Shown here piece by piece: positions 50,181-60,278 of a stretch of DNA of 64,000 nucleotides; the stretch's first letter is position 1, and each line of letters opens with the position of its first letter. Under the pieces are notes generated by a model that worked only from the letters and a program-made list of their open reading frames with translations, was not told the origin of the DNA and ran no database searches. This DNA is from Pirellulales bacterium (GTDB lineage: Bacteria > Planctomycetota > Planctomycetia > Pirellulales > PALSA-1355). The position numbers and the translations under genes are program-made. Location: NCBI GenBank assembly GCA_963733035.1, contig CAVTBU010000009.1, forward strand, positions 280,022 through 344,021. The letters run 5' to 3'.

Positions 50181-51736
50181 GACTTGCCCGCCCCCAACCG
50201 CGCGATGCCGGCCTTAACCAGGCGAGTCAACTCCTCGGGCTGCGTCACCTTGGCCCATTGGGCTCGGGCCAGGCTGGCCCAATCGGTCGCTTCCTCGCGC
50301 ATTTCATGGCGGAAATACTCAATAAACACGCCGCCAATCCAGCGGGTAACAAGCACCTGGACCAGCCCCTGCAGCAGGCCGCCGGTAATTGTACCCACGC
50401 CCGGCACGGTTTTGAGCAGCGAGGCGATGCCGCTAGCGGCGGCCGGAGCCGCGACGTTGGCGCCAGCCACGGAGACAAGTTGCTTGCCCAATTCAGCAAT
50501 TAAGCGGCTGGCCGTATCGAGATCGAGCTTCTGCTTGTAGACGCGGGCCAACTGCAAAACCATGTGCGAGGTAATGCCCAAGCCGGCGGCCACGTCGATT
50601 ACCGGCAACGGGCTGAGCGCGGCGGCGGCGCCGGCTTGCCACATGGAGCGTTCGACGACTTGCCGTGCCCGGCCGTCGAGTTCGGTTTGCACCTGAGCTT
50701 TGGCTTCGGCCACCAAACCCCGCGATTGTAACAGCAGATTGGCCAGCAGCAGGTCTCTGCCGTCGCGATCGATGATGGCCTGCATTCGCGTCGCCAGGCT
50801 GCTGATATCGGCGGGCATTTCAATCGTCTCATCACATTGCGTGCCGTCGGCCAGGATTCGCGTGCGCACGCGGGTGGCCGTCTGCGCACGGAGCGACACC
50901 ACGTTGTCGCGGGGCACGAACCGCCGGACCTGCTCGGCGATTTGCCCCAACAACAATTCGAGATCGGCTGGCCGAAACCAATCTTCCTTGTTGAGGCACA
51001 CAACGATTGGCTTTTCCATGGCCGCCAGCACCTCGAGCAGCCGCATCTCGAAGTCTTTCAGCGGCCCGTCCGTGACAAACAGAATCAGGTCGGCGTCGCG
51101 TGCCGCTTGTTTGGCCAATTCCTCGCGCTGCTGGCCTTTGACTTCCGCCAGGCCCGGCGTGTCGACCAGGGTCACCTGGTCCTTGCCCGGCCAGGGAATC
51201 TCGTTCCGCGTGACAGTCGTACCGCCGCGGACTTCGGTGCGAAAGACGTCGCGTCCGGCAAGCGCGTTGAGCAGCGAAGATTTGCCGCTGGAGACCGTGC
51301 CGAACGCCACAATCTCGAGCGTGCGGCGCTCTCGCTTGCTTTCGACCTCCTCAAGCGAACGACGGATCTTTTCACGAGCCTCGACGCTCAGGTTCGCATC
51401 CGCGGTCCATTGGCGACTGTTCGCCAGGTGCGTGTCGATCTCGGCTTCCTTCTCCCGCCGCGACAACTGCGAGGGTGTGCGGGCTTGCGCTTCTCGCCGG
51501 GCACTTTTCTGACGCGTGTTTGACGCCAGCGTCCACACCGTCCAAAGTGCCAGAATTAGAAACGCCAAGCTGCCCAAGCCGGCCACGGTCAGGTAAACGT
51601 AGCCCCAAAAGGGACTAAAGCTCGCGGCCTTTTCGTACTCGTCGATCATCGTGGGCACGAGAGAACGCAGCAAATACCCTGCCGCGGCCAGTGCCACGAG
51701 AAACAAGACGAGCGAGAGTTTTCGATTCCAACCCAT
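50177..51736 (-). CDS. Membrane-anchored Era-like GTPase with a DUF697/YcjF-like domain
   Basis: Two N-terminal TMs, coiled coil, G1 [10 protein letters not shown]3 DTPG, G4 [19 protein letters not shown] overlap with the next GTPase gene. Confidence 0.88.
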   Translation of the reverse strand: MGWNRKLSLVLFLVALAAAGYLLRSLVPTMIDEYEKAASFSPFWGYVYLTVAGLGSLAFLILALWTVWTLASNTRQKSARREAQARTPSQLSRREKEAEIDTHLANSRQWTADANLSVEAREKIRRSLEEVESKRERRTLEIVAFGTVSSGKSSLLNALAGRDVFRTEVRGGTTVTRNEIPWPGKDQVTLVDTPGLAEVKGQQREELAKQAARDADLILFVTDGPLKDFEMRLLEVLAAMEKPIVVCLNKEDWFRPADLELLLGQIAEQVRRFVPRDNVVSLRAQTATRVRTRILADGTQCDETIEMPADISSLATRMQAIIDRDGRDLLLANLLLQSRGLVAEAKAQVQTELDGRARQVVERSMWQAGAAAALSPLPVIDVAAGLGITSHMVLQLARVYKQKLDLDTASRLIAELGKQLVSVAGANVAAPAAASGIASLLKTVPGVGTITGGLLQGLVQVLVTRWIGGVFIEYFRHEMREEATDWASLARAQWAKVTQPEELTRLVKAGIARLGAGKS

Positions 51737-51977
51737 GCGATTTCCGGAATTGCCCTGCGATGCAGCCAGGTTCGCCAACCGGCGAGGCATTTGCCCTATT
51801 CTATCGGGCGACCGCAGGCCGGCACAGGTGCGCGCCCGGCACGGACACTTCGGACCTTGCGGGGACTACCAGGGTTTTCGTAGAACCAACGGACATCTTG
51901 GGAAAGGATACGTTACATCTCCCACGATTTCCCCTTGGACGCCAACCGCCGCGAGCGCGGCTTCTCGCAGGCTCACC

Positions 51978-53155
51978 ATGAAAATCACCGCCATCGAAAC
52001 GCTCGTCTGTCATGCCCGAATGCGAAATTGGGTGTTCATCAAGGTCCTTACTGACGAGCCGGGCTTGTGGGGCTGGGGTGAAGCTACCTTGGAATGGCAC
52101 ACCCGGGCCGTGGTTGGCGCCGTCGACGACATTGCCACGCTGCTAGTCGGCGAAGACCCCACGCGGATCGAACATCTCTGGCAGATGATGTACCGCCAGC
52201 ACTTCTGGCACGCCAACGGCATTATTCGCTCGACAGCCATGAGCGGCATCGATCTGGCCCTCTGGGATATCCTCGGCAAGATTCACGGCGTGCCGTGTCA
52301 CAAGCTCTGGGGCGGCCCGGTGCGCGACTATGTGCGGATGTATTGCCACCTGGGCGGCGGCAAGATGGAGGACTTTTACACCGTCGATCCGGCCGACGCC
52401 CCGCGCTTCGCCGAACTTGCCAAGCGCGCGGTGGAAGACGGCTTTACGGCCTTCAAGTGCATGGCCTCGCCGCCAACCATGCCGATCGAAGGATTGCGTC
52501 CCGTGCGCTACCTTGAAGCCTGCCTGGCCGCGATCCGCAATTCCGTGGGCGACGATATCGACGTGATGGTCGATTGCCACGCGCGACATTCACCGCGGAT
52601 GGGCCTGATCCTGGCCAAGGCCGCGGAACCCTTCGGGCTCTATTGGTTCGAGGAACCCTGCTGGCCGGAGAGCGTGGGCGGCTTGGCTGATATCCAGCGT
52701 GCCGTCACCACGCCCATCGCCACCGGCGAGCGACTGATCGGTCAGCATGCGTTTCGCGACCTGCTCGAGCAACGGGCCTGCAGCATCCTGCAGCCCGATA
52801 TTACCCACTGCGGCGGCCTGAGCGAAGCCCGCCGAATCGCGGCCATGGCCGAGGCCTACCGCGTCGCCATCGCGCCCCATAATCCGCAGGGCCCCGTGAG
52901 TACGGCCGCATCGCTTGAATTCGGGTTCGCCACTCCGAGCTATCTGATCTGCGAAGCGGTCCACCTCGACGTTCCCTGGCGAAACGACATTGTCAGCGAA
53001 GGTTTTGCGGTTGAACCGCAGGGCGCCTGGTACGTCCCAGTTCGCGTCCCGGCTTGGGTATCGAGATCAACGAGGCCGAAGTGAAGAAGCACCCGTTTGA
53101 GCAGGAAATCGTGCTCCGGGAATTCTACGCCGATGGTAGCGTCGGAGATTGGTAG
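51978..53155 (+). CDS. dgoD: Galactonate dehydratase-like enolase-superfamily enzyme (frameshift at about 53021-53023)
   Basis: [62 protein letters not shown]. The shifted C-terminus reads [10 protein letters not shown]...DGSVGDW*. Confidence 0.85.
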
Positions 53156-53195
53156 GCAAAGTCCACCCGGATCGAACGCGTTGTTGGGTTTTGCG

Positions 53196-54560
53196 CTACT
53201 TCGCCGCAACCGGCAGATGGTAGCCCGGCGCCGCGAGAAACGTACTGATCAAGGCCCCGTCCTCGGCGTTCCAAATTCTGACTTCGCCGGCAAAATTGCC
53301 GGCCGCGAGGCGTCCGGTGCCGGGATGGAAGTCGACGCTAAACACGGCATCCGCCGAGTCAGGATACGTCTTGAAGTGCTTCAATTCCGCGCCGCGATGC
53401 TGTTGCACGGTCTTGTCGGCCGAACCGGTAAAGATTTTGTCCTCTCGGGTCTCGAGCGTCAGCACCTCGCGGCTGAAGCCGCCAATCTCCTTCTTCTTGG
53501 CGCCGTCGTCGGGGTTCCAGGCATGGATTTTCTTGTCCGCGCCGGCAGAGAATACCAACTTGCCGTCGGCACTAAAGCCGACGCCGAACACCGCGTCGCC
53601 GTGACCCGAGTAGGTCACCAGCGATTCGCCATTTTCCGCATTGAAGAGCTTCGATGTCTTGTCACGGCTCGCTGAAGCCAACCGTTTGCCGTCGACGCTC
53701 CAAGTCAGGCCGACGACCCAATCGGCGTGGTCCTCGATCAGGATTTCCTGCTTGCCGCTGGCCACGTCGTACACGCGGATCGTCCGGTCGGCCCCACCGA
53801 CGGCCAGCTTGTCTCCGGCCGGATTAAATCGTGCAGAAAATGCCACGTCGGCCATTGAACCAAGGTCTTTGACCAGCGTGCCGTCCGCGGGATTGAAGAG
53901 TTTAACCTCGCCAAAGCTCCCCGGCGTTCCGCCGGCCATCGCCAGCAGCGTCCCGTCTTTGTTATATGCGACCGATTCGACGCGCTGCGGCACGTTTTTG
54001 ATGCGCCGTGCGAGCGTGCCGCTGGCCGCGTTCCAAATTGTCACCTCGTGGTAGCCGCCCACGGCCACTTCCTGGCCGTCCTGACTGAGCGCCACCGCGG
54101 CCACCGGCACCGTTCGGCGATACACCTCGGGCGGGTCGGGCTGTGTGGTCTTGGGAATGATCGACGACAGCGGCGCGGCTGGATCGGCGGCGTCGTACTT
54201 GGCGCCTTCGGCAATCCAGCGTTTGATTAGTGCCACCTGTTCCGCCGACAGTGGATCCGACTCCTGCGGCATCCTCATACTGTCGTCGTCCGTACTGACG
54301 CGCACGAACAACTCGCTCTCTTCAGCCTTGCCCGCGGCGACCGAAGGCGATTCGCTATCGCCCGCCTTGAGCACCAGGTTGTAGTTACCCACCTGGTAGC
54401 CGCCATTGGCTTCGGACGCGCTGTGGCACGCATCGCAATTCTTCGCCAGGATCGGGGCAATATCCTTGGAGAAGCTGACGGGCTCATCAGCCCTGGCGGC
54501 CACGCCCAGGAAGCATGTCAGGCCACAGGCAGCCCAGAGTACGAATCGATGGTACGACAC
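53196..54560 (-). CDS. Planctomycete cytochrome c domain plus WD40-repeat protein
   Basis: Signal peptide, VSFSKDIAPILAKNCDACH, RMP, IKRWIAEGA, then about 7 WD40 repeats. Confidence 0.9.
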   Translation of the reverse strand: MSYHRFVLWAACGLTCFLGVAARADEPVSFSKDIAPILAKNCDACHSASEANGGYQVGNYNLVLKAGDSESPSVAAGKAEESELFVRVSTDDDSMRMPQESDPLSAEQVALIKRWIAEGAKYDAADPAAPLSSIIPKTTQPDPPEVYRRTVPVAAVALSQDGQEVAVGGYHEVTIWNAASGTLARRIKNVPQRVESVAYNKDGTLLAMAGGTPGSFGEVKLFNPADGTLVKDLGSMADVAFSARFNPAGDKLAVGGADRTIRVYDVASGKQEILIEDHADWVVGLTWSVDGKRLASASRDKTSKLFNAENGESLVTYSGHGDAVFGVGFSADGKLVFSAGADKKIHAWNPDDGAKKKEIGGFSREVLTLETREDKIFTGSADKTVQQHRGAELKHFKTYPDSADAVFSVDFHPGTGRLAAGNFAGEVRIWNAEDGALISTFLAAPGYHLPVAAK

Positions 54561-54577
54561 AATGAATGCCCTTCGGC

Positions 54578-57064
54578 TTAGTGTTGGAACAGGAATTCGT
54601 TGGCGTTGAGAATCGCCCAACAGACGTCCTCGAGGCCGCGCATTCGGTCGCCGGCATTGGCGATGTGCTTCGTGGCAGCCGTCATTTCCGGCTCACTCGG
54701 CATGCGGCACAATCCCGCCAGATACAGCTCGGTGACGATCTGCTCGTTGCTTTTCTCCTCGCCAACCAGGGTGCGCAAGCGGTTCTTTTCGTCGCGCACT
54801 TTCGAGTGCACGAGCGGGCCATTGATCATTTGCAAGGCCTGCGAGAGGTTGGAATCTGTCGAACGTTCGCACTGGCAGGCAGTTTCGCGAGCGGGCTGAC
54901 CGAACACCTTCAGAAAATCGCTTTCGACGTCGGGGCTCGGCAGGGCCGTGGCGTGCGTGCCGGCCGGCAATCCGGCGAACTTTTCGGCCACCTGGGTGAC
55001 GCGGCAGATCGCGTCGAGCAGTTGTTCGGCCGTCAACAGCCGAGTTGCGGCATGCGAAAAGTACTTCGTATCCATTGCGTTGAACTCATTCTTTCGCGAG
55101 CTCAATTGATAGGTACGACTATTCAGGATCGTCCGTATGACGTGCTTGCGGTCGTAACCATGGGCCGCGAAATCACTTGCCAAGGCAGCCAGCAACGACG
55201 CACTTGCCGGCGGGTTCGAATCGCGGAAGTCGTCCACGGGCTCAACGATTCCGCGACCCATCAAGTGTCCCCAAATACGGTTCACTTCGACCTTGGCGAA
55301 GAATGGATTCTCGGGCTTGGTGAGCCAGTCCACCAAGGCATCGCGGCGATCGCCCTCGCCGGTCAACTCGGCCTCACCTTGCAGCGGCAGCCACGGCTGC
55401 ATTTGCTTTCCCGTGCGAGGCTGCGTCACTTCGCCGCCGCGAGCTACCCACACGACCTGTTCTTCCGGGTTGGGTCCCGGCTTGCGCTGGACGCGGTTGA
55501 AAAAGGCGCCGATGCCGTAGTAATTGTCCTGCGACCAACGTTCAAATGGATGGTTGTGGCACTTCGCGCATTGAATGCGAATGCCAAGAAATAATTGCGA
55601 CGTGGTTTCCGTGCAATCGTTTGTTTCCGCTGCCGTGCGGAAGTAGTTGGCAGCCGGATTGACAAAGGTACTGCCGGTGGACGTGAGCAACTCGCGGGCA
55701 AACTGGTCGTAGGGCATGTTGTCTCGGAATGCGGCCACCAGCCAACGGTGGAATTTGTGCACGCCGGCGTTCGAAACTTTCGCATTGCGAATTCGCAGCA
55801 GATCGCCCCATTTGAGCGCCCAGAACTCCGCAAACTCAGGCCGCTCGAGCAACGAGTCGACTACTTTCGACCGCTTGTCCGGATCGCTATCGGCCAGGAA
55901 GGCGGCCGTTTCGCTGGTCGTCGGCAAAATGCCGATCACATCCAGGTAGACGCGGCGAATGAATTCTTCATCGGTACAAACATCCGACGGCAGGATCTCC
56001 AATTGGTGCAGCTTTGCGAACACGTGGTGATCGACGAAGTTGTTCTCGGGCGGATCGTTCCACTTGAACCCGGGCACTTCCTTGAGAAACATCATCGTCG
56101 AGCTTTCGAGCTTGTCGAGAAATCGAACCAAGATCGCCGCCTCGCCACGATCGGAAGCGACGACCAGTCCGTTTTCGTCTACCGTGGCCACGGCTTCGTC
56201 TGAACTCGAGAAGCATGCTAGCCGAGTGACGTCGCGCACCGAGCCGTCGGAAAAATGCGCCAAGGCCACCATCTGTTGCGTATGGGCCGGCCGCATCAGA
56301 ATTCGCTCGCGAGGATAGATATCGAGCTTCACGCAGGTGGGCGCGTCGGACGGGTCGAGTTGACAACCCTGTTCGATCCAGTCGACAAGCACCTGGTAGC
56401 CCGCGTCGTCCTTGGTCAGCCGCCGTCCGCCGCCGTGGGCGACTTCCATCAGCGGCTTCTGCAAGAGAAGGCTTTTCTCGGGCTCATAGAGGTTCGTTCG
56501 ACGGTTGAATGCCTCACGCACCAAGGTTTCGATGTCGAGCGCGGGATCGTACGCTCGCAATGACATCCGGAAGCCACCCTTACCGCTTGGCGAACCATGG
56601 CAGGCACCCTGGTTGCAACCTTGTTTCGAAAGCACCGCCAGCGTGCCGTAGTTAAACGAAATCTTGTCGGCCGTCTCCTGATTGACGACCTCGATCGGCA
56701 CGTTCACTTCGTGACCACCGGCCTTCACAAGCACTTCCGTCGTGCCGTTGGCCACGGGAGAAATGATGGCGCCCTTTGCCTTGGCAATCTCCATGTTCTG
56801 CGGCACTAACTCGGCAATGCGAGTCAGATCTTGCACGCTGCCGTCGGCGTAGATGCCGGTCACGACGAAATGCACGACGCGACGCGGTGAGTCAAGCTTG
56901 AAGCTGGTCGGGAAGACCTCGATGCGCGCGGGCGAACCCACGTCGATCGGTTCGAGCACATTCTCGGCCGCGCCGTCAGCGCCGTGCGCCGGCGATGCGA
57001 CGCAAGCCAGCAACAGAATGAGCGTCGTCAGACCAGCGGATCGTTTCGGTGAACTCCAGCTCAT
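54578..57064 (-). CDS. DUF1549/DUF1553 protein with two Ig-like (Big_2) domains
   Basis: GCNQGACHG, NFVDHHV, DEEFIRRVYLD, WGDLL, QCAKCHNHPF, VNRIWGHLMGRGIVEPVDD, FGQPARETACQCER, EDVCWAILNANEFLFQH. Confidence 0.93.
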   Translation of the reverse strand: MSWSSPKRSAGLTTLILLLACVASPAHGADGAAENVLEPIDVGSPARIEVFPTSFKLDSPRRVVHFVVTGIYADGSVQDLTRIAELVPQNMEIAKAKGAIISPVANGTTEVLVKAGGHEVNVPIEVVNQETADKISFNYGTLAVLSKQGCNQGACHGSPSGKGGFRMSLRAYDPALDIETLVREAFNRRTNLYEPEKSLLLQKPLMEVAHGGGRRLTKDDAGYQVLVDWIEQGCQLDPSDAPTCVKLDIYPRERILMRPAHTQQMVALAHFSDGSVRDVTRLACFSSSDEAVATVDENGLVVASDRGEAAILVRFLDKLESSTMMFLKEVPGFKWNDPPENNFVDHHVFAKLHQLEILPSDVCTDEEFIRRVYLDVIGILPTTSETAAFLADSDPDKRSKVVDSLLERPEFAEFWALKWGDLLRIRNAKVSNAGVHKFHRWLVAAFRDNMPYDQFARELLTSTGSTFVNPAANYFRTAAETNDCTETTSQLFLGIRIQCAKCHNHPFERWSQDNYYGIGAFFNRVQRKPGPNPEEQVVWVARGGEVTQPRTGKQMQPWLPLQGEAELTGEGDRRDALVDWLTKPENPFFAKVEVNRIWGHLMGRGIVEPVDDFRDSNPPASASLLAALASDFAAHGYDRKHVIRTILNSRTYQLSSRKNEFNAMDTKYFSHAATRLLTAEQLLDAICRVTQVAEKFAGLPAGTHATALPSPDVESDFLKVFGQPARETACQCERSTDSNLSQALQMINGPLVHSKVRDEKNRLRTLVGEEKSNEQIVTELYLAGLCRMPSEPEMTAATKHIANAGDRMRGLEDVCWAILNANEFLFQH

Positions 57065-57094
57065 CGATCTCTCCCTATGCTCGAATCACGTCAT

Positions 57095-60000
57095 TTACGG
57101 TTTGTTGACTTCCAGGACCACCGGCACCGACTCCGCGGTGAAGGGGCCGCCGGCGGCATTCGTCGTGCCGGCCACGATTACGTTTTCCACTTTGCCGGCC
57201 GCCGCTGAATCAGCAGCAATCAGCTCGACTTCAATCGCCTGCTGAGCATCAACCAGCACAACTTCGGCCGGAGCAGTCAGCCCGCCCGGCAGGTGCTGCC
57301 AAGCCAGCTTCACCAAACGCTTGTGCGCCGGCGAACTGCTGGCAGCCACGGCACCTTCGGTCTCGTCCAGACGCCAATAGGCAAGCGGTCCGTCTTTCAA
57401 AACCACGTCGCGAGCCGGGGTCATGCCTTTGGCCGCGGCAAAATGTGCTTGAACCTGCTCGGGTGACAGCGGCGCGTCAAAAAACGCCACTTCATCCAGA
57501 CGGCCCTGGAACGGAGCATATCCGTCGGCCCGCGTACCGAGCACGATTTGATTGCTATTGAAACTTTTGGGAGCCGTGGCTTGGACCTCGGGATTGGCAA
57601 CGTCGCCGTCGAGATAGACTTTCACAGCGTCGCCCGAGCGCACCAACACGACGTGGTGCCAGGCGTTGATCGACAACGTCGTACGGCCGACGACCAGCGA
57701 TTGACCATCGTAAAAGAACAGCTTGTCGCGAGGCGAGCTCTCGACGCCGCCGATTCCCAAATGGTCTCCCGGCGCGGCATTCGTCGCGCTGGGCGATCCG
57801 GGGCGACTGTAGAAGTAGCCAGAGACGGCCGGCGCATTCGCCTGAGACAAGTCGCGTGTGTTATTGACCCACATTTCAATCGTGTAATCGCCGACCGACG
57901 TAGTCGGCAGCTCGGCCGTCAAGCGATCGTCGCCGGGTCCCTTGTCGATGCCAGAGAACCCGGCCGCGCGATTGTCGGCTTCGAAGCCAGCCAAGTCGGG
58001 AGCGCGCGGGCCATCGGTGCCGCGTGTGACGCCCCCTTGATAGGCTGCCGTTGCGGGAATGGGGCTCACGTCACCGGCGAAGTTGAGCGTACCCTTTTGC
58101 TGGCCGCCTACCGGCACCGGGCCGGCCGGCGTGAAGGCAATCGACACCGGTGGCCCCGTGATTGACACCTGGTCAAATTCAAACTGCTGCGGCTGGTTTT
58201 TGAACGATGCATTGCCCACGAGTTTCACCGGGTAGTTGCCCGGCGGAATCGCTTGGGCGCTGGTCAACTCCACGGTCGCTTCGGTCTGGCCCTTCTCGAT
58301 CTTGGCTGGCTTGGCCTCCACCCCCGCAGGAAGACCGGCAACGCTGACGGCAACCGCGTCCTCAAAACCATTTGAGCGGGCCACCGAAACTTTGAGCGTC
58401 GCCGTCGCGCCTGCCTTCCGCAGGGAAGCAACCGGCGAGGCGGACGCCAGCGTGAAGAATTGCGGGAACACGGGACCGACACCCAAGCCAAGCGTGCCGT
58501 CAAACACGGCCGGAGGATATGGCAAGCTGGCCAGCGCGCCACGGAGGGCACCAAGCGTGCTGGCCGTGGCGCTGAATTCGGTTTCGCCGACTTTGGCCGT
58601 GCCGATGATCTTCAGCGTGCCAATATAGCCGGGGGCCAGTGACGGTCCGAGCGTCACGTGCATGGTCGTTTCCGGTTTTCCCTCGGGAATCGTGTTGTTG
58701 CTGACCTTGCATCCCTCGCCAGCGCCTTCGACCGCCAGCGTGATCGGGCCGTTGTAATCGTGGCGAGCGGCCGTGACTTTCACCACAAACACGCCGTTTT
58801 GCGGAGCGTCGACTTTCTCCGCCTCGGCAGCCAGATCAAAGCCGGGCTGATAGGGCGTCACCACGATGCGATAAACGAAGTCGAAACCGCCGCGGCGATT
58901 CGTCTCTTCAACTCGCAATCGATAAATTCCATCGGCCGGGAACGTGTAATTCAGCGTGCCCTCAACCGAGCCGGCATCTTCCGCTTCCGACAGCACGCCC
59001 CCGTCGGCATTATAGAGCCGCATGAACAGGTCACACGGTGAAGCCAGGCTGCGGGCCTGACCAGCAAAAACAAACCGTTGCCCCTTCTTCGCTTCAAACT
59101 GGTAATAGTCTTCGTCGCCTGCAACTTCGAAACGGCCGTCGATGGCACCTGGGAGGCTGACGGCCGTGCTCTGATCGGGCGAATCATTCGGCTCGGTCTC
59201 GAGATGTTCGACCGCGTCGCTCGCGATCAGCTTGACCCAAGCGGCGCCTTGACCACCGGAGTCCGTCGCCACGCGAAGTTGATTGCCGGGAACCTGCTCT
59301 GGAACGGTGACGGCCACGGGATTTGGCAGCAGCACCGTCGGGCCGGCCAATTGCACGCCGGCGCTTTGGCCCTTCTGGACAGCCAACGGATAGGGGACCG
59401 ACAACAGCGGAAAGTCTCCCATCCGCAATCGGTAGCGGAAGTTTCCGCCCCCCTGAAATCGAATGTCGCGGATCTCAAGCAGGTAGTCGCCGGCTATTTC
59501 AAATGTGTGGGCAAATCGACCGTCAGCGCCGCTCGATGGTTCGTCGTCGCTGTATGCCAATTCGCGCCCATCGAGCGTGAGCAAGCGAATGACCGGATCG
59601 AGCGGCGAGCCCAAACGACGGGCGTACACCTCGACGGCTAAGCGCTGACCGGCCGCGACGCTGATCTTATAGAAATCGCTCGTTTCGCCGTCGCAATAAC
59701 CGTCGACAGCACCCGGCAACGATATAGCCTGGGCGGTGTCCGGCGATTTGTTGTTGCCCGAGTCCGCAACGCTCGGCAAGTCGTCAACGAGGAACAACTT
59801 CAGATTGGAGATGCCTTGCCCTGTGGCTACGCGGAGTCCGGCTACGCCCGGCGCGGTGTCCGGCGGAAGAGTCAATCGGTAGCTGACACTGCCGGCCTGC
59901 GTGCCGTTGCCCTCAATTCCCGGCGTTAACTCGGCGCTCAGCGGCAAATCGCTCCAAAGGCCCGTGGGTGCGGCCAGATTGCCGCCGAAAATGACGACGT

Positions 60001-60121
60001 CGACGGGCTTTCCAGGTTGAATGCCCGCGGGTTGTAAGTGACTGATCGATGGCGACTGACAATAAGCCAGACTCGCGGGAATGATGACCAGCGACAGCGC
60101 TGCGTGCAGCAATGGCTTCAT
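57095..60121 (-). CDS. Pre-peptidase C-terminal (PPC)/Ig-repeat exported protein with an inserted LamG-like domain
   Basis: Signal peptide, PPC motifs (ARRLGSPLDPVIRL, EPNDSP, DEDYYQF), Ig-like repeats (GLPAGV; HLPGGL) and LamG motifs (YTIEMW, WHHVVLV, GRLDEVAFF, PLAYWRLDE). Confidence 0.88.
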   Translation of the reverse strand: MKPLLHAALSLVIIPASLAYCQSPSISHLQPAGIQPGKPVDVVIFGGNLAAPTGLWSDLPLSAELTPGIEGNGTQAGSVSYRLTLPPDTAPGVAGLRVATGQGISNLKLFLVDDLPSVADSGNNKSPDTAQAISLPGAVDGYCDGETSDFYKISVAAGQRLAVEVYARRLGSPLDPVIRLLTLDGRELAYSDDEPSSGADGRFAHTFEIAGDYLLEIRDIRFQGGGNFRYRLRMGDFPLLSVPYPLAVQKGQSAGVQLAGPTVLLPNPVAVTVPEQVPGNQLRVATDSGGQGAAWVKLIASDAVEHLETEPNDSPDQSTAVSLPGAIDGRFEVAGDEDYYQFEAKKGQRFVFAGQARSLASPCDLFMRLYNADGGVLSEAEDAGSVEGTLNYTFPADGIYRLRVEETNRRGGFDFVYRIVVTPYQPGFDLAAEAEKVDAPQNGVFVVKVTAARHDYNGPITLAVEGAGEGCKVSNNTIPEGKPETTMHVTLGPSLAPGYIGTLKIIGTAKVGETEFSATASTLGALRGALASLPYPPAVFDGTLGLGVGPVFPQFFTLASASPVASLRKAGATATLKVSVARSNGFEDAVAVSVAGLPAGVEAKPAKIEKGQTEATVELTSAQAIPPGNYPVKLVGNASFKNQPQQFEFDQVSITGPPVSIAFTPAGPVPVGGQQKGTLNFAGDVSPIPATAAYQGGVTRGTDGPRAPDLAGFEADNRAAGFSGIDKGPGDDRLTAELPTTSVGDYTIEMWVNNTRDLSQANAPAVSGYFYSRPGSPSATNAAPGDHLGIGGVESSPRDKLFFYDGQSLVVGRTTLSINAWHHVVLVRSGDAVKVYLDGDVANPEVQATAPKSFNSNQIVLGTRADGYAPFQGRLDEVAFFDAPLSPEQVQAHFAAAKGMTPARDVVLKDGPLAYWRLDETEGAVAASSSPAHKRLVKLAWQHLPGGLTAPAEVVLVDAQQAIEVELIAADSAAAGKVENVIVAGTTNAAGGPFTAESVPVVLEVNKP

Positions 60122-60278
60122 GGCAGGCTCGGTGGGGCGGGAAAGTGGAAGTCAGGCGGGCTAACAAACCAGCACCATCCTAACCTCTACCGCGATGACA
60201 TACAACGCGCCGACCAGGCTTCGTGGGGCCGGCCGACACAACGCGTAACTCTCTCGGGGTGGGTAAGTTGGCGCTCGG

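Noticed and set aside
55200..55230. GGTTCGAATC, resembling a tRNA T-loop
   Set aside because: It lies inside the DUF1549/1553 CDS and there is no cloverleaf around it.
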